Below are positions 27,740 to 37,459 of a DNA stretch of 64,000 bases, piece after piece. Numbering within the stretch: the first letter of the stretch is position 1; each line of letters begins with the position of its first letter. A program made the translations under genes and the position numbers. The stretch is from Bacteroidales bacterium (lineage in GTDB: Bacteria > Bacteroidota > Bacteroidia > Bacteroidales > UBA10428): positions 27,091-91,090 of the forward strand of contig JAFGQO010000192.1 of assembly GCA_016935615.1 (NCBI GenBank). The letters are read 5' to 3'. The notes under the pieces were generated by a model. That model did not search any database and had not been told where the DNA came from. It worked only from the letters and a program-made list of their open reading frames with translations.

Positions 27740-27771
27740 GTGTTATTTTTTATTATTGAATCGTAGCCGAA

Positions 27772-29220
27772 ATGAATCTGGAACAGGGTAAAATACTTGA
27801 TCAGGTAACTTCAAATGAATACAAGTATGGTTTTTATTCCGATATTGAAATTGATAGCCTTCCCAAGGGATTGAATGAAGAGATCATCCGAATGATCTCT
27901 GAGAAAAAAGAGGAACCAAAATTTATGCTTGAATTTCGGTTGAAAGCTTACCATCACTGGAAAACGATGAAAATGCCCACATGGGCTCATCTGCAATTGC
28001 CTGAAATAAATTACCAGGACATAATATACTATGCAGCTCCAAAAAGTATTAGCAAATACCAAAACCTGAATGAAGTCGATCCGGAATTGCTGGCTACTTT
28101 TGAAAAGCTGGGAATTCCTCTTGAGGAACAGAAACATCTTACCGGAGTAGCAGTTGATGCTGTTATGGACAGCACCTCTGTAAAGACTACTTTTCGCGAA
28201 ACCCTTGCTGAACTGGGAATAATATTTTGCTCTTTTAGCGATGCAGTGAAAGAACATCCTGATTTGGTAAAAAAATATATGGGCTCGGTTGTTCCTTATA
28301 CCGATAATTATTTTGCAGCCTTGAATTCGGCAGTATTTAGCGACGGATCCTTCTGCTATATTCCAAAAGGTGTCAGATGTCCCATGGAGCTGTCCACATA
28401 TTTTCGTATCAATGCATTCAATACCGGTCAGTTTGAAAGAACTTTAATCATTGCCGATGATGAAAGTTATGTCAGCTATCTTGAAGGTTGTACGGCTCCC
28501 CAAAGAGATGAAAACCAGCTGCATGCTGCCATTGTTGAAATTGTAGCCCACGAAAGTGCCGAAGTGAAATACAGTACAGTACAAAACTGGTACCCTGGTA
28601 ATAAAGAAGGCAAGGGGGGAATATATAATTTTGTGACAAAGCGGGGTATTTGCAAAGGCAATAACTCCAAAATCTCATGGACACAGGTAGAAACTGGCTC
28701 AGCCATTACCTGGAAATATCCAAGCTGTATTCTTAAAGGCGATAATACAGTGGGCGAATTTTATTCTGTTGCAGTGACCAACAACCATCAGCAAGCTGAT
28801 ACGGGCACCAAAATGTTACACATAGGTAAAAATTCACGCAGTACCATTATATCCAAAGGTATATCGGCAGGTAAAAGTCAGAATAGTTACCGCGGACTGG
28901 TCAAAGTTTTAAAAACTGCAGACAATGTCCGAAATTATACTCAATGCGATTCATTGCTTCTTGGCGACCAGTGTGGAGCCCATACATTCCCATACCTGGA
29001 AGTCGATAATGAATCAGCGATCATTGAACACGAAGCCACAACTTCAAAAATCGGCGAAGATCAAATATTTTACTGCAACCAGAGAGGTATTGATACAGAA
29101 AATGCTATTGGCCTGATTATTAATGGATATGCCAAAGAAGTATTGAATAAACTGCCGATGGAATTTGCTGTTGAAGCCAGAAAATTACTTGAGATCAGCC
29201 TGGAAGGCAGTGTTGGTTAA
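27772..29220 (+). CDS. sufB: Fe-S cluster assembly protein SufB
   Basis: 482 aa highly typical of SufB ([27 protein letters not shown], first gene of sufBCD). Confidence 0.96.
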   Translation: MNLEQGKILDQVTSNEYKYGFYSDIEIDSLPKGLNEEIIRMISEKKEEPKFMLEFRLKAYHHWKTMKMPTWAHLQLPEINYQDIIYYAAPKSISKYQNLNEVDPELLATFEKLGIPLEEQKHLTGVAVDAVMDSTSVKTTFRETLAELGIIFCSFSDAVKEHPDLVKKYMGSVVPYTDNYFAALNSAVFSDGSFCYIPKGVRCPMELSTYFRINAFNTGQFERTLIIADDESYVSYLEGCTAPQRDENQLHAAIVEIVAHESAEVKYSTVQNWYPGNKEGKGGIYNFVTKRGICKGNNSKISWTQVETGSAITWKYPSCILKGDNTVGEFYSVAVTNNHQQADTGTKMLHIGKNSRSTIISKGISAGKSQNSYRGLVKVLKTADNVRNYTQCDSLLLGDQCGAHTFPYLEVDNESAIIEHEATTSKIGEDQIFYCNQRGIDTENAIGLIINGYAKEVLNKLPMEFAVEARKLLEISLEGSVG

Positions 29221-29246
29221 GTACTTTAACTTGAAATCGCAAAAAA

Positions 29247-29987
29247 ATGCTGGAAATAAAGAATTTACATGCCTCAGTAGAAGGAAAAGAAATTTTAAAA
29301 GGTATAAACTTAGAAGTTCATGCTGGAGAAGTTCATGCCATTATGGGTCCCAACGGATCGGGGAAAAGCACCCTGGCATCGGTTCTGGCAGGAAGCAACA
29401 CTTTTGAAGTTACAAAAGGCAGTATACATTACCTTGAAGAGAATCTTGCAGAACTTCCTCCGGAAGACAGAGCCCGAAAAGGAATATTTCTGGGTTTTCA
29501 ATATCCGGTGGAAATACCTGGTGTATCCATGGTTAATTTCATGAAAACTGCATTGAATGAACAACGGAAATTTAAGAATCTGGAACCTATCTCCGCTTCC
29601 GATTTTCTGAAGTTAATGAGAGAGAAAAAAGAGATCGTTGAAATTACTTCCAGCCTGACCAATCGCTCAGTAAATGAGGGATTCTCAGGTGGTGAAAAGA
29701 AAAAAAATGAAATTTTTCAAATGGCTATACTGGAACCAAAACTAGCAATTCTGGATGAAACCGATTCAGGCCTTGATATTGATGCATTGCGTATTGTTGC
29801 AAAAGGAGTTAATAAACTTAGGAACAAAGACAACGCTATCGTAATTATCACTCACTACCAGAGATTACTCGAATATATCGTCCCCGATTTTGTTCATGTA
29901 ATGTATAAAGGCAACATTGTGAAATCAAGCGGTAAGGAACTCGCTCTTGAACTGGAAGAAAAAGGATACGACTGGCTGAAAGAATAA
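29247..29987 (+). CDS. sufC: Fe-S cluster assembly ATPase SufC
   Basis: Walker A GPNGSGKST, signature FSGGEKKKNEI, Walker B LAILDETDSGLD. Confidence 0.96.
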   Translation: MLEIKNLHASVEGKEILKGINLEVHAGEVHAIMGPNGSGKSTLASVLAGSNTFEVTKGSIHYLEENLAELPPEDRARKGIFLGFQYPVEIPGVSMVNFMKTALNEQRKFKNLEPISASDFLKLMREKKEIVEITSSLTNRSVNEGFSGGEKKKNEIFQMAILEPKLAILDETDSGLDIDALRIVAKGVNKLRNKDNAIVIITHYQRLLEYIVPDFVHVMYKGNIVKSSGKELALELEEKGYDWLKE

Positions 29988-29997
29988 TTTTAAACCT

Positions 29998-31350
29998 ATG
30001 ACAACATTTGAATTGCAGGAAGAATTGACTGAGATATATACCAGGAATGCTAAAAAGATAGCTAAAAGCACCAGTCATTTGATAAACAAACACAGAACAC
30101 AGGCATTTGGAGATTTTCAGAAGCTTGGAATCCCTTCCAGGAAAAATGAAGATTATCGCTATACTGATTTAATGGCTTATTTAAAGGGAGATTATTCTTA
30201 TGAAATAGCCCCGGTAAATTTTTCTGTTAACCTTGAAGAATTGTTCCGATGTGATATCCCCGAACTGAACACACACATTGTACTTGTACTGAATGGCTTT
30301 TTTTACAGGAAAAATATAACCACAGCTCTGCCCGAAGGAGTAATTATCAGTAGTTTGGCCGACGCCTCATTAAAATATCCGGAAATAGTTAACAAACACT
30401 ATGCTCAATATGCAGACACATCTTTTGACAGTCTGGCAGCACTAAACACATTATTTGCCCAGGATGGAGTTTTCATCTATGTTCCAAAAAATACTCATCT
30501 TGATAAACCTATTCAAATAATCAATTTGGGATTTTCATTCAAAAATCTGCGTATTACAAGAAGAAACCTGTTTGTGGTTGAAGAGGACTCTGCAGCCTCG
30601 GTTCTGGTTTGTGATCATACTTTGTGCAAAGCCAGTTTTATAACAAATTCTTTAACCGAAATCTATGTCGGTAAGCATTCAAAGTTTGATTATGTAAAAA
30701 TGCAAAATGAGAACAGCATATCATCGCAGATATCAAATACTTTTATCCGGCAGGAATCAAACAGCAAATTATCATCAAACACAATCTCCTTACACGGAGG
30801 TCTTATACGCAACAACTATTTTGCACAACTTGCCGGAGAAGGTGCCGGGAATTACACCCATGGTTTATTCTTCTGCGAAGACAAGCAGCATGTTGCAAAC
30901 TATGTTAATATACATCATCTGAAACCTCATTGTCAAAGCGATCAACTGTTTAAAGGAATCCTCGACGGTGAAGCAACAGGTGCATTTAACGGAAAAATTC
31001 TTGTCGACAAATATGCAGTAAAAACCCTGGCATATCAACGTAACAATAACATATTGCTGTCAAAAAAAGCCAAAATGAACACCAAACCACAATTGGAGAT
31101 TTATAATGATGATGTAAAATGCAGTCATGGAGCCACTGTTGGGCAAATTGATGAAAATGCCTTATTTTATCTGCGTTCAAGAGGCATCAGCAATAAACAG
31201 GCCAGGCACCTGTTGATGTTTGCATTTGCCAATGAAGTAATAGACAAAATCAATCTGGATCCTTTGAAAGACCGGATGAATGATATGGTGGATAAAAGAC
31301 TCAAAGGAGAACTTTCAAGGTGTGAGAACTGTAATGTACAGTACAATTAA
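29998..31350 (+). CDS. sufD: Fe-S cluster assembly protein SufD
   Basis: 450 aa. The C-terminal beta-helix region is homologous to SufB (QLEIYNDDVKCSHGATVGQ.DE.ALFYLRSRGI). Position after sufC. Confidence 0.92.
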   Translation: MTTFELQEELTEIYTRNAKKIAKSTSHLINKHRTQAFGDFQKLGIPSRKNEDYRYTDLMAYLKGDYSYEIAPVNFSVNLEELFRCDIPELNTHIVLVLNGFFYRKNITTALPEGVIISSLADASLKYPEIVNKHYAQYADTSFDSLAALNTLFAQDGVFIYVPKNTHLDKPIQIINLGFSFKNLRITRRNLFVVEEDSAASVLVCDHTLCKASFITNSLTEIYVGKHSKFDYVKMQNENSISSQISNTFIRQESNSKLSSNTISLHGGLIRNNYFAQLAGEGAGNYTHGLFFCEDKQHVANYVNIHHLKPHCQSDQLFKGILDGEATGAFNGKILVDKYAVKTLAYQRNNNILLSKKAKMNTKPQLEIYNDDVKCSHGATVGQIDENALFYLRSRGISNKQARHLLMFAFANEVIDKINLDPLKDRMNDMVDKRLKGELSRCENCNVQYN

Positions 31351-31452
31351 ATGTATTGTTACATTTGTTTAATCCTTAAAAAACAAATACTACAAATATC
31401 ATTTTATTCTCATGCCATGCAAATTAATTTTGCCGGAACAAATTTGAGCATT

Positions 31453-32676
31453 ATGAATGAGTATGATGTAAAAAAGATACGAGCAGATTTTCCCGTCCTG
31501 GAACAAAAAGTGTACAATAAACCTCTTATTTATCTCGATAATGCCGCAACTACCCAGAAACCAATTCAGGTCATTGAAGTTGTAAACCGATATCATTCCA
31601 AGTTAAACAGCAATATACACCGCGGCGTTCATTTTTTAAGCGACCAGACAACAAATGCTTACGAAAATGCCCGCGAAACGGTCTGCAAGTTTATCAATGC
31701 CTCCAAAAAAGAAGAAATTATTTTTACCAGCGGCTCAACAGGATCTATTAACCTTCTTGCCTTTTCCTTTGGTGAACAATTCATCCGGAAAAATGACGAA
31801 ATTCTTATTACTGAAATGGAGCATCATGCAAATATTGTCCCCTGGCAAATGCTCTGTGAAAGAAAAAATGCAAAATTGAAAGTCATACCATTTCATGATG
31901 ACGGAGTCCTTGATATCGAACGTTATAAAAAATTATTTACTGATAAAACAAAAATTGTATCATTGATCTATATTTCCAATACCCTGGGAAGCATTAATCC
32001 AATAAAAGAAATGATCCGGATTGCACATGACAGGAATGTACCTGTCATGATTGATGCTGCCCAGTCAGTTCAACATATTAAAATTGACGTTCACCAACTG
32101 GATTGCGATTTTCTTGTATTCTCAGGACATAAAATTTACGGACCTACAGGCATTGGCGTATTTTACGGAAAAGAAAAATGGCTCGATAAATTGCCTCCAT
32201 ACCAGGGAGGTGGAGATATGGTCGACATTGTAACATTTGAAAAAACAACATACAACGAACTGCCATTTAAATTTGAAGCAGGTACCACCAATTATATCGG
32301 AGCCATAGGAATGGCTGCCGCTTTGGAATATATTTCCGGAATCGGATTGAAAAAAATTACAGCTTACGAAACTGAACTTCTGGAATATGCCACAAAAACA
32401 ATAGATGATTTGGGTGGCGTAACAATATACGGCCGTTCCCCTCACAAAGCTTCAATCCTTTCATTCCTGATCAACGGAGTTCACATGCTTGATTCAGGAA
32501 TGATCTTTGATAAAATGGGAGTTGCAGTTAGAATTGGCACTCATTGTGCACAACCTGTTATGCAGCATTTTCATATTGATGGTACTCTCCGGGCTTCCAT
32601 TTCACTCTACAATACTAAAGAAGAGATTGACTACCTTTGTAAAGCAATCGAACAGGTGAAAACTATGTTTGCCTGA
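31453..32676 (+). CDS. sufS: cysteine desulfurase SufS (class II aminotransferase V)
   Basis: MNEYDVKKIRADFPVL...IYLDNAATTQKP aligns with the SufS N-terminus. Other motifs are SGHKIYGPTGIGV (PLP lysine) and GTHCAQP (catalytic Cys loop). The track ORF begins at 31351, but the extension looks non-coding. Confidence 0.92.
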   Translation: MNEYDVKKIRADFPVLEQKVYNKPLIYLDNAATTQKPIQVIEVVNRYHSKLNSNIHRGVHFLSDQTTNAYENARETVCKFINASKKEEIIFTSGSTGSINLLAFSFGEQFIRKNDEILITEMEHHANIVPWQMLCERKNAKLKVIPFHDDGVLDIERYKKLFTDKTKIVSLIYISNTLGSINPIKEMIRIAHDRNVPVMIDAAQSVQHIKIDVHQLDCDFLVFSGHKIYGPTGIGVFYGKEKWLDKLPPYQGGGDMVDIVTFEKTTYNELPFKFEAGTTNYIGAIGMAAALEYISGIGLKKITAYETELLEYATKTIDDLGGVTIYGRSPHKASILSFLINGVHMLDSGMIFDKMGVAVRIGTHCAQPVMQHFHIDGTLRASISLYNTKEEIDYLCKAIEQVKTMFA

Positions 32677-32715
32677 TCTTCGAACATTATTATTTATCCT
32701 GTTGTTTTAGAAGAA

Positions 32716-33153
32716 ATGATTTTATCAATTCAAGAAGTACAAAACGAAATTGTTGAAGAATTTAATGCTTTTGATGACTGGATGGACAGGTACAACCATC
32801 TGATCGAAATTTCAAATGACCTGCCTCCGATAGATGGAAAATTGAAAAATAACGATTATCTGATCAGAGGATGTCAGTCGAAAGTATGGTTGAATGCGGA
32901 ATATTCTGATGGTAAAATAATTTTCACGGCAGATAGTGACGCTATTATTACAAAGGGAATTATTGCATTACTTATCAGAGTACTCTCAAACAGGACTCCT
33001 GAAGAAATTATGAAAACTGATCTGGAATTTATTGACAAGATCGGATTGCAGCAAAACCTTTCACCAACCCGTGCAAACGGTTTGCTATCGATGATCAAAC
33101 AGATGAGACTTTACGCAATGGCATACCATACCAAGGAAAAAATGAATGACTGA
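32716..33153 (+). CDS. sufE: SufE-family sulfur acceptor
   Basis: 145 aa with IRGCQSKVWL (acceptor Cys) and the C-terminal GL...LSPTRANGL motif. Confidence 0.88.
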   Translation: MILSIQEVQNEIVEEFNAFDDWMDRYNHLIEISNDLPPIDGKLKNNDYLIRGCQSKVWLNAEYSDGKIIFTADSDAIITKGIIALLIRVLSNRTPEEIMKTDLEFIDKIGLQQNLSPTRANGLLSMIKQMRLYAMAYHTKEKMND

Positions 33154-33156
33154 CAA

Positions 33157-33489
33157 ATGACAGGAAAAAAGAATCATGACACTTTATTGCAGTTAGAAAC
33201 TGCTATTGTCAAAGTACTGAAGACTATTTATGACCCTGAAATCCCTGTTAATATTTATGACCTGGGATTAGTTTATGAGATCAACATCAAAGAAAAAAAT
33301 ACTGTTGAAATTGTGATGACTCTCACTGCACCAAATTGCCCGATAGCAGATCAGATACTTGCAGAAGTGAAAAACAAAATTGAATTTCTTGATGAAATAA
33401 ATGAATGCAATGTCAACCTGGTATTTGATCCTCCCTGGGATCAGTCTATGATGTCGGAAGAAGCTTTACTTGAACTGGGAATGCTGTAA
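33157..33489 (+). CDS. DUF59 (MIP18/SufT-like) Fe-S assembly factor
   Basis: 110 aa with TIYDPEIPVNIYDLGLVY and LTAPNCP motifs. Last gene of the suf cluster. Confidence 0.82.
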   Translation: MTGKKNHDTLLQLETAIVKVLKTIYDPEIPVNIYDLGLVYEINIKEKNTVEIVMTLTAPNCPIADQILAEVKNKIEFLDEINECNVNLVFDPPWDQSMMSEEALLELGML

Positions 33490-33549
33490 TGTCAGTCGCA
33501 AGTTGCAAGTCTCTGGTCTCAAAACTCTGAACTTTATACTACCCAACCT
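33490..33549. repeat. heptad-phased stutter filling the suf / 33550 convergent spacer
   Basis: tgtcagt cgcaagt tgcaagt ctctggt ctcaaaa ctctgaa ctttata ctaccca. The first half keeps ..RGT in phase and the second half keeps CT....A in phase. Confidence 0.45.
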
Positions 33550-34458
33550 TTACTCTTCGTCGTATCTGAATCGTAACGCCATCCCCATTTCGAGGTAAAA
33601 ACTATTCTTCAGGGTGCCCTGAATATATTCAGGATCTTCTGTTCTCTCATCCTCTTCAGTATAATGTTCCCATTTCTGAAAAAGACGGAATCCCGGTTTG
33701 ATAAATAATACAAGATGTTCTGCCAGGTAGTAATCAACAAATAATTTAGGCTCCGTAAGAAATGTCAGTTTGTTTTCGCCGAGTTGACTTATGAATGAAT
33801 CTTTAAATTGAGAATCTCCCAACCGAAACGTTTCTCCACGCAGTTCCAGTTCAAAACCAGTATAAAATTTTGACCCCAATCTCCTTTCATAAATTACGAA
33901 TGCCGGTAAAAGAGCTTCAAAATAATTTTTGCCCTTTTTCAGGCTGAAGCCCAGCAGAGGCATAAAAAAGGGGCCGTAGGTATCCTGATTATAGACAAGC
34001 CCGAATTGCCAGGCAAAATTTTCCTTTTTCTCAAAATATGTAATAACCATGCCTCCTATCTGAAAATGACGTCCCGATATATTCCTGAAATCAGAATTCA
34101 GTTTTGGTGATATATCAGCATAAATTGACCATCGCGAATTCGCAAATTTCCAATATATAAAAAACGGAAGCTTTACCGTATGCAACCGTAAATCCTTTAG
34201 CCCATCTATATTTGTATTTAACGTATAGCTGCTATATCTTGGTTTAAAACCAATGATATTGCCATTGTGCAACTCGATCGGCAGGGTTGTTTCAAATCTT
34301 AATTCATAAAAAGTATTTCGTTGACTGCTATCCACCATTTGAATTGGCGGAAGATAATAGTACCTTGCATTTACTATATCGAGATAGTTTTGAGAGTAAA
34401 TGATCACGTTAGAAAATAAGCACAAGGAGAAAAGAAAAACAGATAGTAGTTTTTTCAT
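33550..34458 (-). CDS. hypothetical outer-membrane beta-barrel-like protein
   Basis: Signal peptide MKKLLSVFLFSLCLFSNVIIYSQ. Alternating hydrophobic/aromatic beta-strand pattern throughout, with no catalytic motifs. Confidence 0.5.
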   Translation of the reverse strand: MKKLLSVFLFSLCLFSNVIIYSQNYLDIVNARYYYLPPIQMVDSSQRNTFYELRFETTLPIELHNGNIIGFKPRYSSYTLNTNIDGLKDLRLHTVKLPFFIYWKFANSRWSIYADISPKLNSDFRNISGRHFQIGGMVITYFEKKENFAWQFGLVYNQDTYGPFFMPLLGFSLKKGKNYFEALLPAFVIYERRLGSKFYTGFELELRGETFRLGDSQFKDSFISQLGENKLTFLTEPKLFVDYYLAEHLVLFIKPGFRLFQKWEHYTEEDERTEDPEYIQGTLKNSFYLEMGMALRFRYDEE

Positions 34459-34600
34459 TGTAAAGTATTTCAGTTTGCATGTATATTAAATTTATTAAAG
34501 TATTTTTTAATATAAAAGCAGTTCTCCTTATTTCAGAAATATTATTCAGTCTTATTCATTGCTGCCCTGCCTTCATGATATGCAGACAAGCCTGAAGGAT

Positions 34601-34638
34601 TCATTCCATAAAAAACCGGGATTACTTATATAAAACAA
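34601..34638 (-). terminator. possible terminator after the GH51 gene
   Basis: The minus strand shows aaaccggg...cccggttt (8-bp stem, long loop of about 19 nt) followed by TTTTTT, about 40 nt past the stop. Confidence 0.4.
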
Positions 34639-34675
34639 ACCCGGTTTAAAGATCCCTGAATTAATCTGATAATCC

Positions 34676-36271
34676 TCAATTACGTTTTATTTCCCCCTTT
34701 AAGAGTGTAAAAGAATGAGGAGGGAAAGTATAATTAAAGCTCTCTCCCTTAGCCTTGACTCTGGGTTTGGTTATGGTTTTAACTATGGTTTTATCAAAAT
34801 CGTTCACTGATTTAATATCAGGCCCGTTAACCTCATATACCTCAAATTCACCCGCAAAGCTTCCGGTCTGCGAAATGATATCGGTTTGAACCGCCTGGTC
34901 TTTATTACGATTGATTACACAGATGGTAACCTCATCGTCTTCATAGGTTGCTGAAACATCAAGGTAAGGAACATCGGTCTGCTTCGTTGTGCTTTCTCCA
35001 AGACCAATAAAAAATTCTTCCGTATCATAAGCATCACAATCCACAAAAACATCAAGTGAAGTACCGGAAACCTTATTGGCAAAAAGTGCCAGCGGATAAT
35101 AAATGGTCTGTTTAAAGATTCCTTCTTCGTTGGTAAAAATGGGACCGATCACGTTCACCAGTTGTGCCATATTGGCCATCTTCACAATATCGGCATTCCG
35201 CACAAAGACATTCAGGAACCCGGCGATCACAAGTGCATCTTCCAGGTTATAATGTTCTTCCAGTGCCCTGGTCCCCTGCATAGCATTATCTGTACGAGCC
35301 CGGTACCACACGTTGTATTCATCCCAAGCAATATAAATCGGATCGCTGTCGCCACGGTCTGCAATAGCCATTTCGCGCAGGATCATCCCTTTAACTATTT
35401 GTGTTCGCTGCTCAAGCACAAGAGGCGTTGAGAGAAAATTATAATAATTATCATCCGGATTACCAACATACATATGCAATGCAATATAATCTGCCACATC
35501 ACGTAATTCATGAAGAATGGTTGCATTCCATTCATTGGGATCGGCATCGGGACGGTAGTTGGATGATCCGGCAGCGATCAGTTTAATGTCTGGCGATGTT
35601 AACTTCATCAGTTTAGCGGCTTCACGGGCTTTTTTACTGTAATCTTCGGCATTGAGATGCCCCATTTGCCAGAAGCCGTCCATCTCGTTACCCAGACTCC
35701 AGTATTTTATATTATAAGGTTCGGAGTAACCGTGCTGTTTACGCAATTCCGCATAAAACGGCCCTTCGTTCACATTGCAGTATTCCACCCATCTTCGGGC
35801 TTCCTCAATGGTACCTGTTCCCAGGTTTACTGCAAAATAGGGCTCGGTATTAATAGTCTTTGCATACTCGATAAATTCGTTGGTCCCGAATTCATTGGTT
35901 TCCAGTCGTGCCCAGGCCAGTTCCATACGTGGAATTCGCTCAGGGCCCACCCCATCAAGCCAGTGATAATTGGATACAAAGTTCCCTCCGGGATACCGTA
36001 AAATGGACACATTAAGTCCTTTAACTGCTTCCAGTACATCGGTCCGGAATCCTTTTTTATTGGAAAGTGGCGAACTTTTATCATATATTCCTCCATATAC
36101 ACAACGCCCAAGATGTTCTACAAAGTTCCCGTAAATCAATTCATCCACCTCCCCAATCGTGCGGTCGATATCTATTTTAATCCTGGCATCCTGCGCTATT
36201 AAAGAAAAAGATGTTAATATAAGCAGGGCAATTACCAAGGTGTTCTGGCATATTTGATTTCTTTTCAACAT
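34676..36271 (-). CDS. alpha-L-arabinofuranosidase, GH51
   Basis: 531 aa with YPGGNFVSNYHW and the acid/base motif WSLGNEMDG. The C-terminal beta-sandwich is typical of GH51. A signal peptide is present. Confidence 0.88.
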   Translation of the reverse strand: MLKRNQICQNTLVIALLILTSFSLIAQDARIKIDIDRTIGEVDELIYGNFVEHLGRCVYGGIYDKSSPLSNKKGFRTDVLEAVKGLNVSILRYPGGNFVSNYHWLDGVGPERIPRMELAWARLETNEFGTNEFIEYAKTINTEPYFAVNLGTGTIEEARRWVEYCNVNEGPFYAELRKQHGYSEPYNIKYWSLGNEMDGFWQMGHLNAEDYSKKAREAAKLMKLTSPDIKLIAAGSSNYRPDADPNEWNATILHELRDVADYIALHMYVGNPDDNYYNFLSTPLVLEQRTQIVKGMILREMAIADRGDSDPIYIAWDEYNVWYRARTDNAMQGTRALEEHYNLEDALVIAGFLNVFVRNADIVKMANMAQLVNVIGPIFTNEEGIFKQTIYYPLALFANKVSGTSLDVFVDCDAYDTEEFFIGLGESTTKQTDVPYLDVSATYEDDEVTICVINRNKDQAVQTDIISQTGSFAGEFEVYEVNGPDIKSVNDFDKTIVKTITKPRVKAKGESFNYTFPPHSFTLLKGEIKRN

Positions 36272-36297
36272 AGTTTCTCAGGTAATTTGTTCATATT

Positions 36298-37311
36298 TTA
36301 TTTTATAATACTGCTATTCAGTTTGGATTCTTTTTTAACAAGCGGCCACAGATCCTCATCCCATTCCATTTTCATAATGAGCAATACCGGCCTTCCGTCA
36401 TCTTCGACATCATAGGCATGACAAATAAGGTAGTCGGTTCCATCAAAAGTATAGGCTGAATTATGACCTATTCCGGAAAATTTTTCATCGCCTGTCAATA
36501 CCGGCGATCCTCCACCGGCATACATGTCTTTTCCTTCTTTATCGAGATAGGGGCCTGTAATTTCCTCAGACCGACCTACCATGATCTTATAGGTACTTTC
36601 TACTCCCCTGCAACAATAATCGAACGAAACAAAGAGGTAGTAATACCCGTGTTTCTTAAAAAGAAAAGGAGCTTCAATGGCCGCATCACCCGGTTTATGA
36701 TCCGGAATATCGTAACTGCGGTTTCGTTTTGCGATCGTGCGCCACTGTTCAGGTTTTTCAACTCGCAGGAAGGTAGAATCAAGTTTGACCAGTTTGATCC
36801 CCTGCCAGAATGAACCAAAACTCATCCATGCATCTCCATTCTTGTCAAAAGCAATGTTGGGATCAATAGCGTTCCACAGATCTCTGCCCGGTACCGATTG
36901 AACCACAATACCATGATCTTCCCAGTGATAATCTGCATCTGCCGTATCAAGCGCAGCATTTGTTGCCACACCAATACAGGATGTATTTTTCTCAAAGGAG
37001 GAAACCGAATAATAGATGTAGTATACACCATTATGACAGATAATATCCGGAGCCCATATATGTCCTTTAAAATCAGGAACCGCTTCATAAGTCCATTGAG
37101 GTATTTTCTTAAAGACCGGGCCTGTATACTTCCACTGAGAAAGATCATCGGATTCAAAGCTGGCAATACCTTGAAATGTACAATACAGATGGTATTTTTC
37201 TCCTTCCCTGATCACTACAGGATCGTGCACATACATCGATTGGGCATTTGCATCGATAAGGGCAAATACCAGGAACGGAGCCAGAAAAAATACCTGTGTA
37301 AATTTTTTCAT
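36298..37311 (-). CDS. GH43 endo-1,5-alpha-L-arabinanase-like
   Basis: HDPVVIREG.KYHLY, IWAPDI..HNG.YYIYYSVSSF, AIDPNIAFD, SFW.GIKLVKLD and IEAPFLFK..GYYYLFVSFD. The signal peptide starts at MKKFTQVFF (37311). The ORF extends to 37335. Confidence 0.85.
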   Translation of the reverse strand: MKKFTQVFFLAPFLVFALIDANAQSMYVHDPVVIREGEKYHLYCTFQGIASFESDDLSQWKYTGPVFKKIPQWTYEAVPDFKGHIWAPDIICHNGVYYIYYSVSSFEKNTSCIGVATNAALDTADADYHWEDHGIVVQSVPGRDLWNAIDPNIAFDKNGDAWMSFGSFWQGIKLVKLDSTFLRVEKPEQWRTIAKRNRSYDIPDHKPGDAAIEAPFLFKKHGYYYLFVSFDYCCRGVESTYKIMVGRSEEITGPYLDKEGKDMYAGGGSPVLTGDEKFSGIGHNSAYTFDGTDYLICHAYDVEDDGRPVLLIMKMEWDEDLWPLVKKESKLNSSIIK

Positions 37312-37371
37312 TTCAACTCTTATACACTTATCCATTCAGGCACTTCTGTTTTAGTTTTAGTAAGCAGGGAG

Positions 37372-37397
37372 GGATCATCCTCCCTGCTCCCTGTCTT
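37372..37397 (-). other. strong intergenic stem-loop inside the PUL transcript
   Basis: Perfect 10-bp G/C-rich stem agcagggagg / cctccctgct with a 6-nt loop. No adjacent U-tract on either strand. Lies between the LamG gene stop and the GH43 gene start. Confidence 0.5.
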
Positions 37398-37459
37398 GCA
37401 ATCACTAAACCTTAGTATAACTAACCAACCATTCAGACTCAATAGACATGATCCGGCAA

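Noticed and set aside
31351-31452. N-terminal extension of SufS (MYCYICLILKKQILQ...) beginning right after the sufD stop
   Set aside because: The extension is hydrophobic and Cys-rich and unlike any SufS. The Met at 31453 gives the canonical SufS N-terminus (..IRADFPVL..).
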